NCBI GenBank assembly: GCA_001029675.1
Contig: CP011210.1
Location: forward strand, 711,528 to 775,527
Length of the DNA: 64,000 nt
Direction: 5' to 3'
Source of the DNA: Candidatus Beckwithbacteria bacterium GW2011_GWC1_49_16
Lineage (GTDB): Bacteria > Patescibacteriota > Microgenomatia > UBA1400 > CG1-02-47-37
The notes under the pieces were generated by a model. It worked only from the letters and a program-made list of their open reading frames with translations, ran no database searches and was not told where the DNA came from. Position numbers and translations under genes: made by a program. Every line of letters starts with the position of its first letter. Positions within the stretch are counted from its first letter, which is position 1. Below, piece after piece: positions 1 to 9,037 of the stretch.

Positions 1-91
1 TAAAGCTGGCGGCGCAGGAGGCCATCAAGGCTCCATAAAGTGGCAGCCAGCATGATCAGTAATGCCGAAAATCTTTTCATAGCGGCTTAGT

Positions 92-985
92 TTATTCCTG
101 TCTACCCAAGGATATTACCAGAATATCTACTAATAAAATAGCTCCGGCTAAGATTTGAACAAAGGTCAATCTTTCGCCCAAGAAAGAAAAGCCGATGATG
201 GCGGCGGTAAGCGGATAAGTCAGTTCGGCAAAAGTGGATACTTTGGCTTCGGTCTTTTGTAAGCCTTTGTAGTAGAGCATGAAGGAGGCAATGCCGCCAA
301 AAACGGCGATAAACAAAATCAGCCAAAACTGATTAGAGGTGATGGCGGCAAGAGAATAGGTTTGACCGGTAACTAGGCTGATCAGTAAGGCGGTGGGAGC
401 GGTGATGGCAAAACGTAAAATGGCGGTGGCCATGTAGCTTAAGCGCGACAACATTAACTTAGATAAAACCGTGCCCGAGCCCCAGGCGGCCGCTGCCCCA
501 AGAGCTAAAGCGGCGGCTGTTAACTCGCCGCCGTTACCTAAGAAAGTAGGTTTAAATTCGGGAAATGCCAGAAAATATGAAGCGGTTAAGGCGAGTATCC
601 CAAAGACAGCGAAACGTTTGGTGATTCTTTCTTTAAGAATTAAAACGGCCAGTAAAACGGCAAAAATGGGCTGGGTTTGCTGGAGTAAAGCTACCACCGA
701 GTAACTGATGTAGTCGACTCTTCCCAAGGCGGCGGTAAAAAGAGTGACGCCGATGGTGCCGGAGATTACCCCCACCCCCAGCATTACCCACCAATCTTTG
801 GCTTTCATTTTTTTGTACTCGGGGAGAAAACGCGGTACCCAAGGCAGAAGAATTAACAACCTGACACAATACTCGATAGTCACCAGGGCGGGGGCAGGAA
901 TGGCTCTTAACTCGCGGCGGACAAAGGCGTCGATGCTCCAGATGAGGGCGGCAATAATAATCAACAGCGAATAACGCTTTTTCAT
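92..985 (-). CDS. DMT-superfamily (EamA-like) permease
   Basis: 297 aa, ~10 TM segments, two EamA-like halves; hydrophobic profile typical of drug/metabolite transporter family. Confidence 0.65.
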   Translation of the reverse strand: MKKRYSLLIIIAALIWSIDAFVRRELRAIPAPALVTIEYCVRLLILLPWVPRFLPEYKKMKAKDWWVMLGVGVISGTIGVTLFTAALGRVDYISYSVVALLQQTQPIFAVLLAVLILKERITKRFAVFGILALTASYFLAFPEFKPTFLGNGGELTAAALALGAAAAWGSGTVLSKLMLSRLSYMATAILRFAITAPTALLISLVTGQTYSLAAITSNQFWLILFIAVFGGIASFMLYYKGLQKTEAKVSTFAELTYPLTAAIIGFSFLGERLTFVQILAGAILLVDILVISLGRQE

Positions 986-1046
986 AAACTCCAGCAGGCT
1001 GTTATATCAAAGTACACTAAATTGAAGGCCAGCTCAAGTTTTGGGT

Positions 1047-1367
1047 TTATTTGTCAAAAAAATCCTTCACTTCTCCTGTTTCTAAATCCACATAATACCA
1101 ATTAAAAGTAGCGGTGTGGTCAGATACCCACTCGTAAGCATGAACGGTGTAAATGTTTCCGTCAACACCATCAACTTCAATAATAGGTCTTCCGTCGGTT
1201 GACGCAGAGGTGCCGTCAGGGCCGGTAAATAGATTAAGCCATTCCTGTACTTCCGGTATGTCTTTTACAAGTGATACGGCCTTATCGTTTCTTTTGGATA
1301 ATTGATTAAAATAATATAAACCGCTTAGGATAATTAGAAGTAAAAGAATTTTGATTTTATTTGGCAT
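1047..1367 (-). CDS. hypothetical membrane-anchored/secreted protein
   Basis: 106 aa, N-terminal hydrophobic anchor (ILLLLIILSGLYYF), no recognisable domain. Confidence 0.35.
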   Translation of the reverse strand: MPNKIKILLLLIILSGLYYFNQLSKRNDKAVSLVKDIPEVQEWLNLFTGPDGTSASTDGRPIIEVDGVDGNIYTVHAYEWVSDHTATFNWYYVDLETGEVKDFFDK

Positions 1368-1797
1368 GCTAACGGGTAGAATAATTTTAGCATTTTTTCT
1401 GGCAGGCGATGGTGGCAGTGTATACTACAAGAGATAAAGATTAATAGGGACTAGTTTATTATCCTAGGGTAAGAAAGGGAAATCTAATTTAGGGTGTTTT
1501 AAATCTGAGCCTTCGAAAACTCCAGCGTCGATCTTGTCCTTTGCCGTTAGTTAAACGAGAACCTTCTAGTGAAATACCTTGTATATGACGGTGAAGGCTA
1601 CACATTGGATCCGAAGCGTGTAACACAGGCCAACCTCGACCCTTCCTTACGTCACTAGCTGAATCCGATCCTTGTATCGACCTTGGGTCGCTTTCATGGT
1701 ATCTGCCTGACATAGTAAATACTATATGTTATTCAACAAAGAGTGTCAAGTGTTGCTAAAATGATTCTTTTACGTATATGTAAGGTAAAATAAAGAT

Positions 1798-2463
1798 ATG
1801 AAGATTGATATTCTGACGATTTTTCCTGACATGTTTGCCGGGCCGTTTGCGGAGAGTATCCTTCGCCGCGCCCAAGATAAAAAGCTGGTGAAGATTAAAA
1901 TTCATAATCTGCGCCGCTGGGCCAAAGACCGGCATAAAACCGTTGACGACAGGCCTTTTGGCGGCGGGCCGGGCATGGTGATGCGGGTGGACATTATCGA
2001 CAAAGCCCTAACCGCGCTCGGGTCTGGACACAAAATCTTACTCACTCCTCAAGGGAAAACTTTTAACCAACAAGCGGTGGCTAGCTTAAGCCGCAAAAAA
2101 CATTTGATTTTGGTAGCCGGTCACTATGAAGGCTTTGACGAGCGCGTCCGCAACCTGGTGGACGAAGAAATCTCCATCGGCGACTATATTCTGACCGGAG
2201 GGGAACTGGCGGCGATGGTAGTAGTGGACGCGGTGGTGCGGCTAATTCCCGGCGTGGTGGGAGAAAAAGAGTCGGTCAAAGAAGAATCTTTCAGCCGCGC
2301 CTTGGGCGGCTTGGAGTATCCCCACTATACCCGCCCGGCGGACTATAAAGGCAAAAAGGTGCCTGAAGTTTTACTCTCCGGCGATCACACCGCTATCTCC
2401 AAATGGCGCGCCGAGCAGGCGAAAAAACGAACTAAACAGAGACGGCCGGATTTACTAAGATAA
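1798..2463 (+). CDS. trmD: tRNA (guanine37-N1)-methyltransferase TrmD
   Basis: 221 aa; MKIDILTIFPDMF...RPFGGGPGMVM...ILTGGELAAMV motifs characteristic of TrmD SPOUT fold. Confidence 0.9.
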   Translation: MKIDILTIFPDMFAGPFAESILRRAQDKKLVKIKIHNLRRWAKDRHKTVDDRPFGGGPGMVMRVDIIDKALTALGSGHKILLTPQGKTFNQQAVASLSRKKHLILVAGHYEGFDERVRNLVDEEISIGDYILTGGELAAMVVVDAVVRLIPGVVGEKESVKEESFSRALGGLEYPHYTRPADYKGKKVPEVLLSGDHTAISKWRAEQAKKRTKQRRPDLLR

Positions 2464-2478
2464 TTTAAATTATCTTAG
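2455..2478. promoter_or_regulatory. perfect 24-bp AT-rich palindrome CTAAGATAATTTAAATTATCTTAG spanning both convergent stop codons
   Basis: self-complementary; related copies at 11986..12010, 12448..12472, 56954..56976. Confidence 0.6.
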
Positions 2479-3373
2479 TGGATGAGGAGAGTTGTTGTTT
2501 CAAAGTAGAAAGGGCTTGGTCGATGGTAGACATGGTGACGCCAAGGTCACGCTTGAGCTTGGCGTTGGATAGCTTAAGATACTGTTGGCGGGGGCGGGTA
2601 TCGGTCTTGGCATAATCCTTAAAACTCCCCTGTTTAATCGTGCCGGGAAGATTAAAAGTAGTTTTAATTTTTTGAGCCAGATCAAAAGGGCTAAGCCCGC
2701 TTGAACCGACAAGGTGGTAGGTGCCGCTGGGTTTCTTGTCAAGAAAAACTTTGAGGGCGGTGGCGATGTCGTCGATAAAAGTCGGGATGATGGTTTGATC
2801 GGCAAACATGGGGTGGAGCGAATCGGTTTTCAGTTTGTCGATGATACTTCTGACCAAATCAAGTTTTGACGCAAAATGGCTTCGGAAAGGAAAGGCGATT
2901 CTGACGATGGCGGCTGGGGCGCCGGATTTTCTGACCGCTTCCTCGGCCATGAGCTTGGTCTGGCCGTACCATTCGATGGGATGGGTGGAGTCTTCTTCGG
3001 TGTACCCGCCAGGGGGCGGGTTTTTGCCGTCAAAAACAAAATCGGTGGAGACGTGGATAAGATAAAGCTTTCTCTCGGCGGCAACTCGAGCAATGTTTTG
3101 GCTGCCGACGACGTTGACCTGGTAAACCAATCCCTCCCTGTCACCTTTTTGCTGTGAAGCTTTAGAAACATCGGTAAAGGCAGCCAGGTGGATTAGGCCG
3201 TGGGCCTCGGGGTGGGCGGAAATGACTCTGTCTACTTGGCTTTTATCGGTAATGTCGATGCCGGTAGCAAGATCAAGGTTGACAAAGTCGTATTGAGAAG
3301 ACAAAAGTTCCACCACCCGGGAACCGACCAGACCGGAAAGGCCGGTGCCCAAGATAAGGGATTTGGCTGCCAT
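2465..3373 (-). CDS. rfbD: dTDP-4-dehydrorhamnose reductase (RmlD)
   Basis: 302 aa, N-terminal Rossmann GxxGxxG (ILGTGLSGLVGS), RmlD-like length; operon with rfbC/rfbB. Confidence 0.8.
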   Translation of the reverse strand: MAAKSLILGTGLSGLVGSRVVELLSSQYDFVNLDLATGIDITDKSQVDRVISAHPEAHGLIHLAAFTDVSKASQQKGDREGLVYQVNVVGSQNIARVAAERKLYLIHVSTDFVFDGKNPPPGGYTEEDSTHPIEWYGQTKLMAEEAVRKSGAPAAIVRIAFPFRSHFASKLDLVRSIIDKLKTDSLHPMFADQTIIPTFIDDIATALKVFLDKKPSGTYHLVGSSGLSPFDLAQKIKTTFNLPGTIKQGSFKDYAKTDTRPRQQYLKLSNAKLKRDLGVTMSTIDQALSTLKQQLSSSTKII

Positions 3374-3377
3374 CGGT

Positions 3378-3917
3378 TTACTCCCTCTTAAGTTGCCAAA
3401 AGTCTTCGCCTAAAAGATCCGAAGGGAGCCTCAACTCGTCGGGGTCTTTGGGGTTGAAGGCTTGGTTGGTGAAGTAAATCACCGAGCACGTCCCTTGCCA
3501 GAGGTTGGCAGCGCCGTGGGCGATGCCGGTGGGAACGTACAAGAGCTGGCTCGCGTGGGCGCCTAAAGTTAAACGCATCACTTGGTCCTTGGTGGGAGAA
3601 TCTTGGCGCAAATCTTTGAGCCCGACTAACAGCCGGTGGCGGGCCGGGACGTACCAAATGTCGTCTTGTTTTAAGTGAAGGTGAAAGGCTTTGACCGCGC
3701 CGGGCTGCATGTTGGAAATGCTAATTTGCCTGACTTCAAACTTAGGAAAGGTTTCCAGCGCGCCGGCTTTGATCCGCCCCAGTTCGGTAAAATCGCCGCC
3801 TTCGTCGTGGTAGAGCTTTAAGTCAATCAACTTGACGCCGTCGATGACCGGTTTGCCGCCGTACTCCTGGACGGTAATTTGGGGGTGGTACTGGGAAGAA
3901 ATGTTATCTAGTTTCAT
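3378..3917 (-). CDS. rfbC: dTDP-4-dehydrorhamnose 3,5-epimerase (RmlC)
   Basis: 179 aa cupin; ...QISISNMQPGAVKAFHLHLKQDDIWYV... matches RmlC core. Confidence 0.85.
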   Translation of the reverse strand: MKLDNISSQYHPQITVQEYGGKPVIDGVKLIDLKLYHDEGGDFTELGRIKAGALETFPKFEVRQISISNMQPGAVKAFHLHLKQDDIWYVPARHRLLVGLKDLRQDSPTKDQVMRLTLGAHASQLLYVPTGIAHGAANLWQGTCSVIYFTNQAFNPKDPDELRLPSDLLGEDFWQLKRE

Positions 3918-3923
3918 AATTTT

Positions 3924-4901
3924 CTATTTTACCATTTTTAAAGGCTGCCACCAGTCCCGATTGTTTCGGTACCAGTCAACGGTTTGTTTTAAGTAAATGT
4001 CAAAGCTGTAGCGGGGTTGGTAGTTTAACTTTCTTTGAGCTTTGGACCAATCCAGCGCATAGCGGCGATCATGAGCTGGGCGGTCTTTGACAAACTCTAT
4101 CTGTGACTCAGGCTCACCCATTATTTTTAAAATCTTTTTGACTACGGTTAGATTGTCCAGGTCTTCGGTCAGGCCGCCGATGCAGTAAGTGGCGCCGGCC
4201 TGACCTTTTTTTAACACCTGTTCGATGGCCCGGCAGTGGTCTTCGACGTAGAGCCAGTCTCTAACGTTTTTGCCGTCGCCGTAGACGGGGACTTTTTTGC
4301 CTTCGATGAGGTTGGTGACTGTTAAGGGAATGAGCTTTTCGGGAAACTGGTAGGGGCCGTAGTTGTTGGAGGTGTTGGTGATGGTGGTTTTTATACCAAA
4401 AGTTTTGTGGTAGGCCCGAATCAAGTGATCGGAAGCCGCCTTGGTGGCGGCATAGGGGCTGTTGGGGCGAAAGTGACTTTTTTCCGAGAATTTTTTGTTC
4501 GACCCCAGCGCCAGCGAGCCGTAGACTTCATCGGTGGAGATATGGTGAAAGTGGCTTAACTGGTGTTTAACGGCGGCAGCCAGTAGCACCTGGGTACCGA
4601 CGACGTTGGTGACCACAAAGACCGCCGGGTTGTCGATGGAGCGGTCGACGTGAGATTCAGCGGCAAAGTGGACGACGATGTCAACCCCGGCCATGGCCTG
4701 GTCGACAACTTTAGGGTCGGCAATATCGCCTTTGACAAACTGGTAGCGGGGGTTGCCCTCGAGCGCCTTGAGGTTGGCAAGATTACCGGCGTAAGTTAAT
4801 TTATCGAGATTAACTATCTGGTCATTAGGATGATTCTTAACCCAGTAGTGGATAAAGTTTGAACCGATAAAGCCAGCGCCACCGGTGACTAAAATTTTCA
4901 T
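3924..4901 (-). CDS. rfbB: dTDP-glucose 4,6-dehydratase (RmlB)
   Basis: 325 aa; MKILVTGGAGFIGSNF..., YAATKAASDHL (YxxxK) SDR-extended motifs. Confidence 0.9.
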   Translation of the reverse strand: MKILVTGGAGFIGSNFIHYWVKNHPNDQIVNLDKLTYAGNLANLKALEGNPRYQFVKGDIADPKVVDQAMAGVDIVVHFAAESHVDRSIDNPAVFVVTNVVGTQVLLAAAVKHQLSHFHHISTDEVYGSLALGSNKKFSEKSHFRPNSPYAATKAASDHLIRAYHKTFGIKTTITNTSNNYGPYQFPEKLIPLTVTNLIEGKKVPVYGDGKNVRDWLYVEDHCRAIEQVLKKGQAGATYCIGGLTEDLDNLTVVKKILKIMGEPESQIEFVKDRPAHDRRYALDWSKAQRKLNYQPRYSFDIYLKQTVDWYRNNRDWWQPLKMVK

Positions 4902-4910
4902 ATGCTTATT

Positions 4911-5768
4911 TTACCAGCTACCGGAGGCTCCGCCACCACCAGAAGAGCCGCCGCCAAAACCGCCGGAAGAACCCCCGGAAGAACCACCGGAAGAAAAACC
5001 GCCTCGGGAAGACCACCAAGAATTGGCCAGACCCCTTTTTTGTCGAGTGCGGTAGTTTTTGGACAAGATAAAGTCTAAAAGCAAACCCAAGAGGCCGATG
5101 AAAATTCCGCCGACTAGGGAAAAGAATAAAAGACCTAAGACAAAACCTAAAGCCCCACCGGGCCAAAAACGCTTAGTCCGGCCCAAAAAGGCCAAGGCAT
5201 AAAGCGACAAAATTATCAAAACTAAGGGCAAAAAGTTAAAAGTCGACGCACCCGCTTCGGCTGGCTCATCAAAAGCGCCAGGATCTTGGGATAAAACTTC
5301 AATGATGGCGGTAACTGCCGCAATGACTCCGGCGTCGTAGTCACCGACTTTAAATTGAGGGGTAATTTCGCTTCTTATGATATTTCCCGCCCGAGAGTCA
5401 GTTAAAATCGCCTCGGCGCCGTAGCCGACCTCGATTTTTAACTGTCGGTCGTCAACGGCAATTAAAAGCAAAACGCCGTTGTCTTGACCCTTTTTGCCGA
5501 TGCCCCATTGTTCAAAAAGCGCCACGGCTACGTTTTCGACCGTATCGCCTTCAAGGCTTTTGAGGGTTACCACCGCGATTTCGTAGCCGCTGGCGGCTTC
5601 AAAAGCCGTCAGGTCGTTTTCTAACGTGGCTTTGGTGTCTTCTGACAGGACTTGGGCAAAGTCGTTGACATAACCTGCTGGTTGGGGAAAATCCCTGGCC
5701 AAAACTTGCCCCGCCAGAATTACCCCGCCTAAGATCAAAGCCAAACTCACCTTTAATAGCTTTTTCAT
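4911..5768 (-). CDS. TPM-domain protein (YgcG-like) with Gly/Ser-rich C-terminus
   Basis: 285 aa; signal peptide, TPM phosphatase-like domain, TM, then GGSSGG repeats. Confidence 0.65.
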   Translation of the reverse strand: MKKLLKVSLALILGGVILAGQVLARDFPQPAGYVNDFAQVLSEDTKATLENDLTAFEAASGYEIAVVTLKSLEGDTVENVAVALFEQWGIGKKGQDNGVLLLIAVDDRQLKIEVGYGAEAILTDSRAGNIIRSEITPQFKVGDYDAGVIAAVTAIIEVLSQDPGAFDEPAEAGASTFNFLPLVLIILSLYALAFLGRTKRFWPGGALGFVLGLLFFSLVGGIFIGLLGLLLDFILSKNYRTRQKRGLANSWWSSRGGFSSGGSSGGSSGGFGGGSSGGGGASGSW

Positions 5769-5770
5769 GG

Positions 5771-6331
5771 TTATTGACCCAGATCTACTTGAGGAGCCTG
5801 CTCGGCCTCCGGGGTGGCCTCAAAATAGGCCCTGGCGTCAAAGTTAAAGCTGTTAGCAATCAGGTTGGTAGGAAAACGCTTGATAGTGGTGTTGTAGTCT
5901 CTTACTTGGTCGTTGTAGCGTTTTCTCTCGACGCTGACCCTGTTTTCAGTCCCGGCCAGTTCGTCCATGAGAGACAAAACGGCGGTGTTGGACTGGAGTT
6001 GGGGGTAGTTCTCGACTATGACCAGAAGCCTACCCAGGGCTGATTCTAGATCTGTAGCGGCTTGGGCCTTGGCGTCGATAGTGCCAGCGCCGGAATAGCG
6101 GGTTCTGGCCTCGGCTATAGCTCCAAATACCTCTTGTTCTTGGGTAAAAATGCCCTTAACTGAGTTAACCAGGTTAGGAATAAGGTCAAAACGCCTTTGG
6201 TATTGGGTTTCGACCTGGGCCCACTGATTGTCGATGTTTTGGGTTTTGGCGACTAGGGAGTTATAGGTAGAGACTAAAGAAAGGCCTACTAAGACGACTA
6301 AAACGCCTAACCCGAGTAAAAATTTTTTCAT
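5771..6331 (-). CDS. LemA family protein
   Basis: 186 aa; N-terminal TM + LemA-like conserved core (YNDQVRDYNTTIKRFPTNLIA). Confidence 0.75.
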   Translation of the reverse strand: MKKFLLGLGVLVVLVGLSLVSTYNSLVAKTQNIDNQWAQVETQYQRRFDLIPNLVNSVKGIFTQEQEVFGAIAEARTRYSGAGTIDAKAQAATDLESALGRLLVIVENYPQLQSNTAVLSLMDELAGTENRVSVERKRYNDQVRDYNTTIKRFPTNLIANSFNFDARAYFEATPEAEQAPQVDLGQ

Positions 6332-6370
6332 ATTTTTTCACCCCCTTTTCACTTGAACATCAATTTTGTT

Positions 6371-6886
6371 CTAAGTATGTTTGTCGGCCACCTTTGAGGC
6401 TCCGTATGATTCTGGTTTGGTCTTGGCGGTAAAACCGTTGCCGGTCACCATGCCAACGACTTCCCTGATCATGTCGCGGGTCTCGCCGGCGCGGCCGACG
6501 TCGATGTGAATTTCTAGTTCGTAATGGCCGTGGCCGTTGAGGCGGCGGTTTAGGCTGGGCAGAAAAATTTGGGCGGTCTCCAAAGACAAAAGGGTTTCCA
6601 GGTAAATTTTGTCGCGTAAGGACTTGGCGGCCTCTTCTAACTTGCCTTGCCAGAAATAACGACCGCCAAAACCGACCCGGTGGACGACGATGGCGGTAAC
6701 CAATTTGAGCTTAGAAATGCCGTTTTGGCCGCGCTTGTGAGAGTCGGAACCGATAATCAGCCGGTAGGTAGCGTTGGGCTCGGCTTCGATGAAGCTGGCG
6801 ACGGCCTCGATTAAATCATTTTGTTTGAGTTTCCCTAAGGTAGGACTGACAAACATACTAAAAAAGGGTGTAGATGAAGGGGGCAA
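6371..6886 (-). CDS. DUF458/YkuK-like RNase H-fold protein
   Basis: 171 aa; N-terminal ...TYRLIIGSDSH... resembles YkuK family signature (YKLIIGTDSQ). Confidence 0.5.
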   Translation of the reverse strand: MPPSSTPFFSMFVSPTLGKLKQNDLIEAVASFIEAEPNATYRLIIGSDSHKRGQNGISKLKLVTAIVVHRVGFGGRYFWQGKLEEAAKSLRDKIYLETLLSLETAQIFLPSLNRRLNGHGHYELEIHIDVGRAGETRDMIREVVGMVTGNGFTAKTKPESYGASKVADKHT

Positions 6887-7049
6887 AGGCAGAGCCTTCT
6901 GTAAAGATAATTAAAAGTCCAAACAAAAGAAACACCACCAGCATGGGAGCCAGCCACCAGAGTTTGGCCTGCCAAAGAAAGGCAAAAAGCTCACCGATAA
7001 TCGAACCCCTCTGTTTACCTTTTTGGGCGGCGGATTTAAGTTGGTTCAT
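6858..7049 (-). CDS. DUF5989 (SxtK-like) small membrane protein
   Basis: 63 aa, single TM, C-terminal ...GSAFAPFIYTLF typical of DUF5989 proteins that follow carbamoyltransferases. Confidence 0.55.
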   Translation of the reverse strand: MNQLKSAAQKGKQRGSIIGELFAFLWQAKLWWLAPMLVVFLLFGLLIIFTEGSAFAPFIYTLF

Positions 7050-7069
7050 AGGCTCAATTATACCGCTTT

Positions 7070-8809
7070 TTAATCCGGTTCGAAACGGTCGCGGTGCCGG
7101 CGGTTTCTGTCGGTGACGGTGACTTGTTCTTTTTCAACCAAGAAATTGCCTAAAACGACGTCATCAATGTTGGTTCCCATGAAGCAATTGTAAGCCTCCT
7201 CTGGGGTACAGACGATGGGTTCGCCCCGGACGTTAAACGAGGTGTTGATCAAGACGGCGCAGCCGGTAATCTTTTCAAACTTGTTGATGATGCCCCAGTA
7301 AAAGGGGTTTTGCCGGCGGTTGACCGACTGGATGCGGGCGGAGTTGTCGACGTGGGTGACGGCGGGAATATCTTTGGTTTTGACCTGGGCCACCAAAAGC
7401 ATGTAAGGGGTGGGGCGGTCGATGTCAAAATAATCGCTTAAGTATTCCTCCATTACCACCGGGGCAAAGGGACGGAAGTCTTCTCTGAATTTGATCTTCA
7501 GGTTGACCCGGTCTTGGTTTTCGGGGTTTCTGGCGTCGGCTAAAATCGAGCGGTTGCCCAAGGCCCGCGGGCCCCACTCCATCCGACCGGCAAAGATGCC
7601 GACGACGCGTTGGGCGACCAATTTGGCGGCTATGACCTGGAAAAGTTTTTGTTTATCGTTAAAGTGGCGGTAGGTGACGTCTTTGGCCTGAAGCATACTT
7701 TTGATGTCACTTTCGGAAAATTGGGGGCCAAAGTAAGCGGTGTCAAAGACAAAGTTCCTTTTTTTATTCAAGAGGCAATTTTCGATATAGTAGGCGACCC
7801 CCAAAGCGCCGCCGGCGTCACCGGCTGCCGGCTGGACAAAGAGGTTTTTGAAAGGGGTTTCCCTGATGATCCGGCCGTTGGCGACGCAGTTTAAGGCCAC
7901 GCCTCCTGCCAGACATAAATTTTCCTCCCCGGTTTCTTGACAAAGACTCTTGGCCATTTTGAGAATCACCTCTTCGGTGACCACCTGGATACTTTTGGCT
8001 ACATCTTCATAGTGTTGAGTTAAAGGGGCTTCGGGGTCGCGGACGCCTGACTTACCCAAAAGCTTGATGAAACGGTCGTTAATCATTCTCAAACCGTACT
8101 CATAGGAAAAATACTTAAGGTTCAACTTAAAACTGCCGTCGGCTTTGATGTCGATGAGCTTATCTTTGATCAGCTTAACGTAGCGAGGCTTACCGTAAGG
8201 AGACAGCCCCATGAGTTTGTACTCGCCGGAGTTAACCTTGAAGCCGCAATAGTAAGTGAAAGCGGTGTAAAGCAGGCCCAAAGAATGGGGAAAGTCGATC
8301 TGGTGGGTGAGACTGATTTTATTCCCCCGGCCGACTCCCTTAGTGGCGGTGGCCCACTCGCCGACGCCGTCGATGGTCAAAATGGCAGCGGATTTGAAAG
8401 GAGAAACCAGGAAAGCGCTGGCGGCGTGGGACAAGTGGTGAGGAATAAAAACGACGTCGCCATCCCAGTTTAACTCCTGCTGGATTAAATATTTGATCCA
8501 GAGTTTTTGCTTGAGCCAAATGGGCATGGCCTTAAGAAAAGAAAACAAACCCTTGGGAGCGGTAGCTAAATAGGTTTTTAACAAGCGCTCAAACTTGATA
8601 AAAGGCTTTTCGTAGAAACCGACATAATCAAGATCTTTGACCTTGATACCGGCTTCTTTGAGACAGTAATCGATGGCGTTTTTGGGAAAAGATTCATCGT
8701 GTTTAACCCGGGTGAAGCGTTCTTCCTGGGCGGCGGCTAAAATTTTGCCGTCTTTTAACAGAGCTGCGGCCGAGTCGTGGTAAAAACAGGAAATACCCAG
8801 GATGTACAT
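7070..8809 (-). CDS. carbamoyltransferase (NodU/CmcH family)
   Basis: 579 aa; MYILGISCFYHDSAAALLKDG... Kae1/HypF-like N-domain plus C-terminal carbamoyltransferase domain. Confidence 0.85.
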   Translation of the reverse strand: MYILGISCFYHDSAAALLKDGKILAAAQEERFTRVKHDESFPKNAIDYCLKEAGIKVKDLDYVGFYEKPFIKFERLLKTYLATAPKGLFSFLKAMPIWLKQKLWIKYLIQQELNWDGDVVFIPHHLSHAASAFLVSPFKSAAILTIDGVGEWATATKGVGRGNKISLTHQIDFPHSLGLLYTAFTYYCGFKVNSGEYKLMGLSPYGKPRYVKLIKDKLIDIKADGSFKLNLKYFSYEYGLRMINDRFIKLLGKSGVRDPEAPLTQHYEDVAKSIQVVTEEVILKMAKSLCQETGEENLCLAGGVALNCVANGRIIRETPFKNLFVQPAAGDAGGALGVAYYIENCLLNKKRNFVFDTAYFGPQFSESDIKSMLQAKDVTYRHFNDKQKLFQVIAAKLVAQRVVGIFAGRMEWGPRALGNRSILADARNPENQDRVNLKIKFREDFRPFAPVVMEEYLSDYFDIDRPTPYMLLVAQVKTKDIPAVTHVDNSARIQSVNRRQNPFYWGIINKFEKITGCAVLINTSFNVRGEPIVCTPEEAYNCFMGTNIDDVVLGNFLVEKEQVTVTDRNRRHRDRFEPD

Positions 8810-8812
8810 AAA

Positions 8813-9037
8813 TTAGAACTGCTGGTAGGCGTTTTTGATGTCGTCCTCTGGTTCGCGGGGCTGCCAGTAAGTGTCGGGGTTTTTGATAAACAACCTTTTA
8901 ATCCCGATAACCAGCTGAAACACCAACCCAAAAGGAGTGACCAAAAAATAATAGAAAATTCCCAGAATTAAAGTGGTCTGGATCTTACCTAAACCAGCCG
9001 CAAGTTTTTTTAACCAAGCTATAAGCGGTTTAACCAT
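8813..9037 (-). CDS. small 2-TM membrane protein (possibly SxtJ-like)
   Basis: 74 aa, hydrophobic core ILGIFYYFLVTPFGLVFQLVIGI; position immediately upstream of carbamoyltransferase. Confidence 0.35.
   Translation of the reverse strand: MVKPLIAWLKKLAAGLGKIQTTLILGIFYYFLVTPFGLVFQLVIGIKRLFIKNPDTYWQPREPEDDIKNAYQQF

Noticed and set aside
1489-1713. 74-aa minus-strand ORF in the trmD upstream spacer
   Set aside because: No RBS, atypical composition; kept only as part of the possible-ncRNA note.
2500-3391. Several 60-110 aa ORFs overlapping rfbD on both strands
   Set aside because: All lie within a confidently identified SDR-family gene; Pro/Ser/Arg-rich compositions typical of out-of-frame artefacts.
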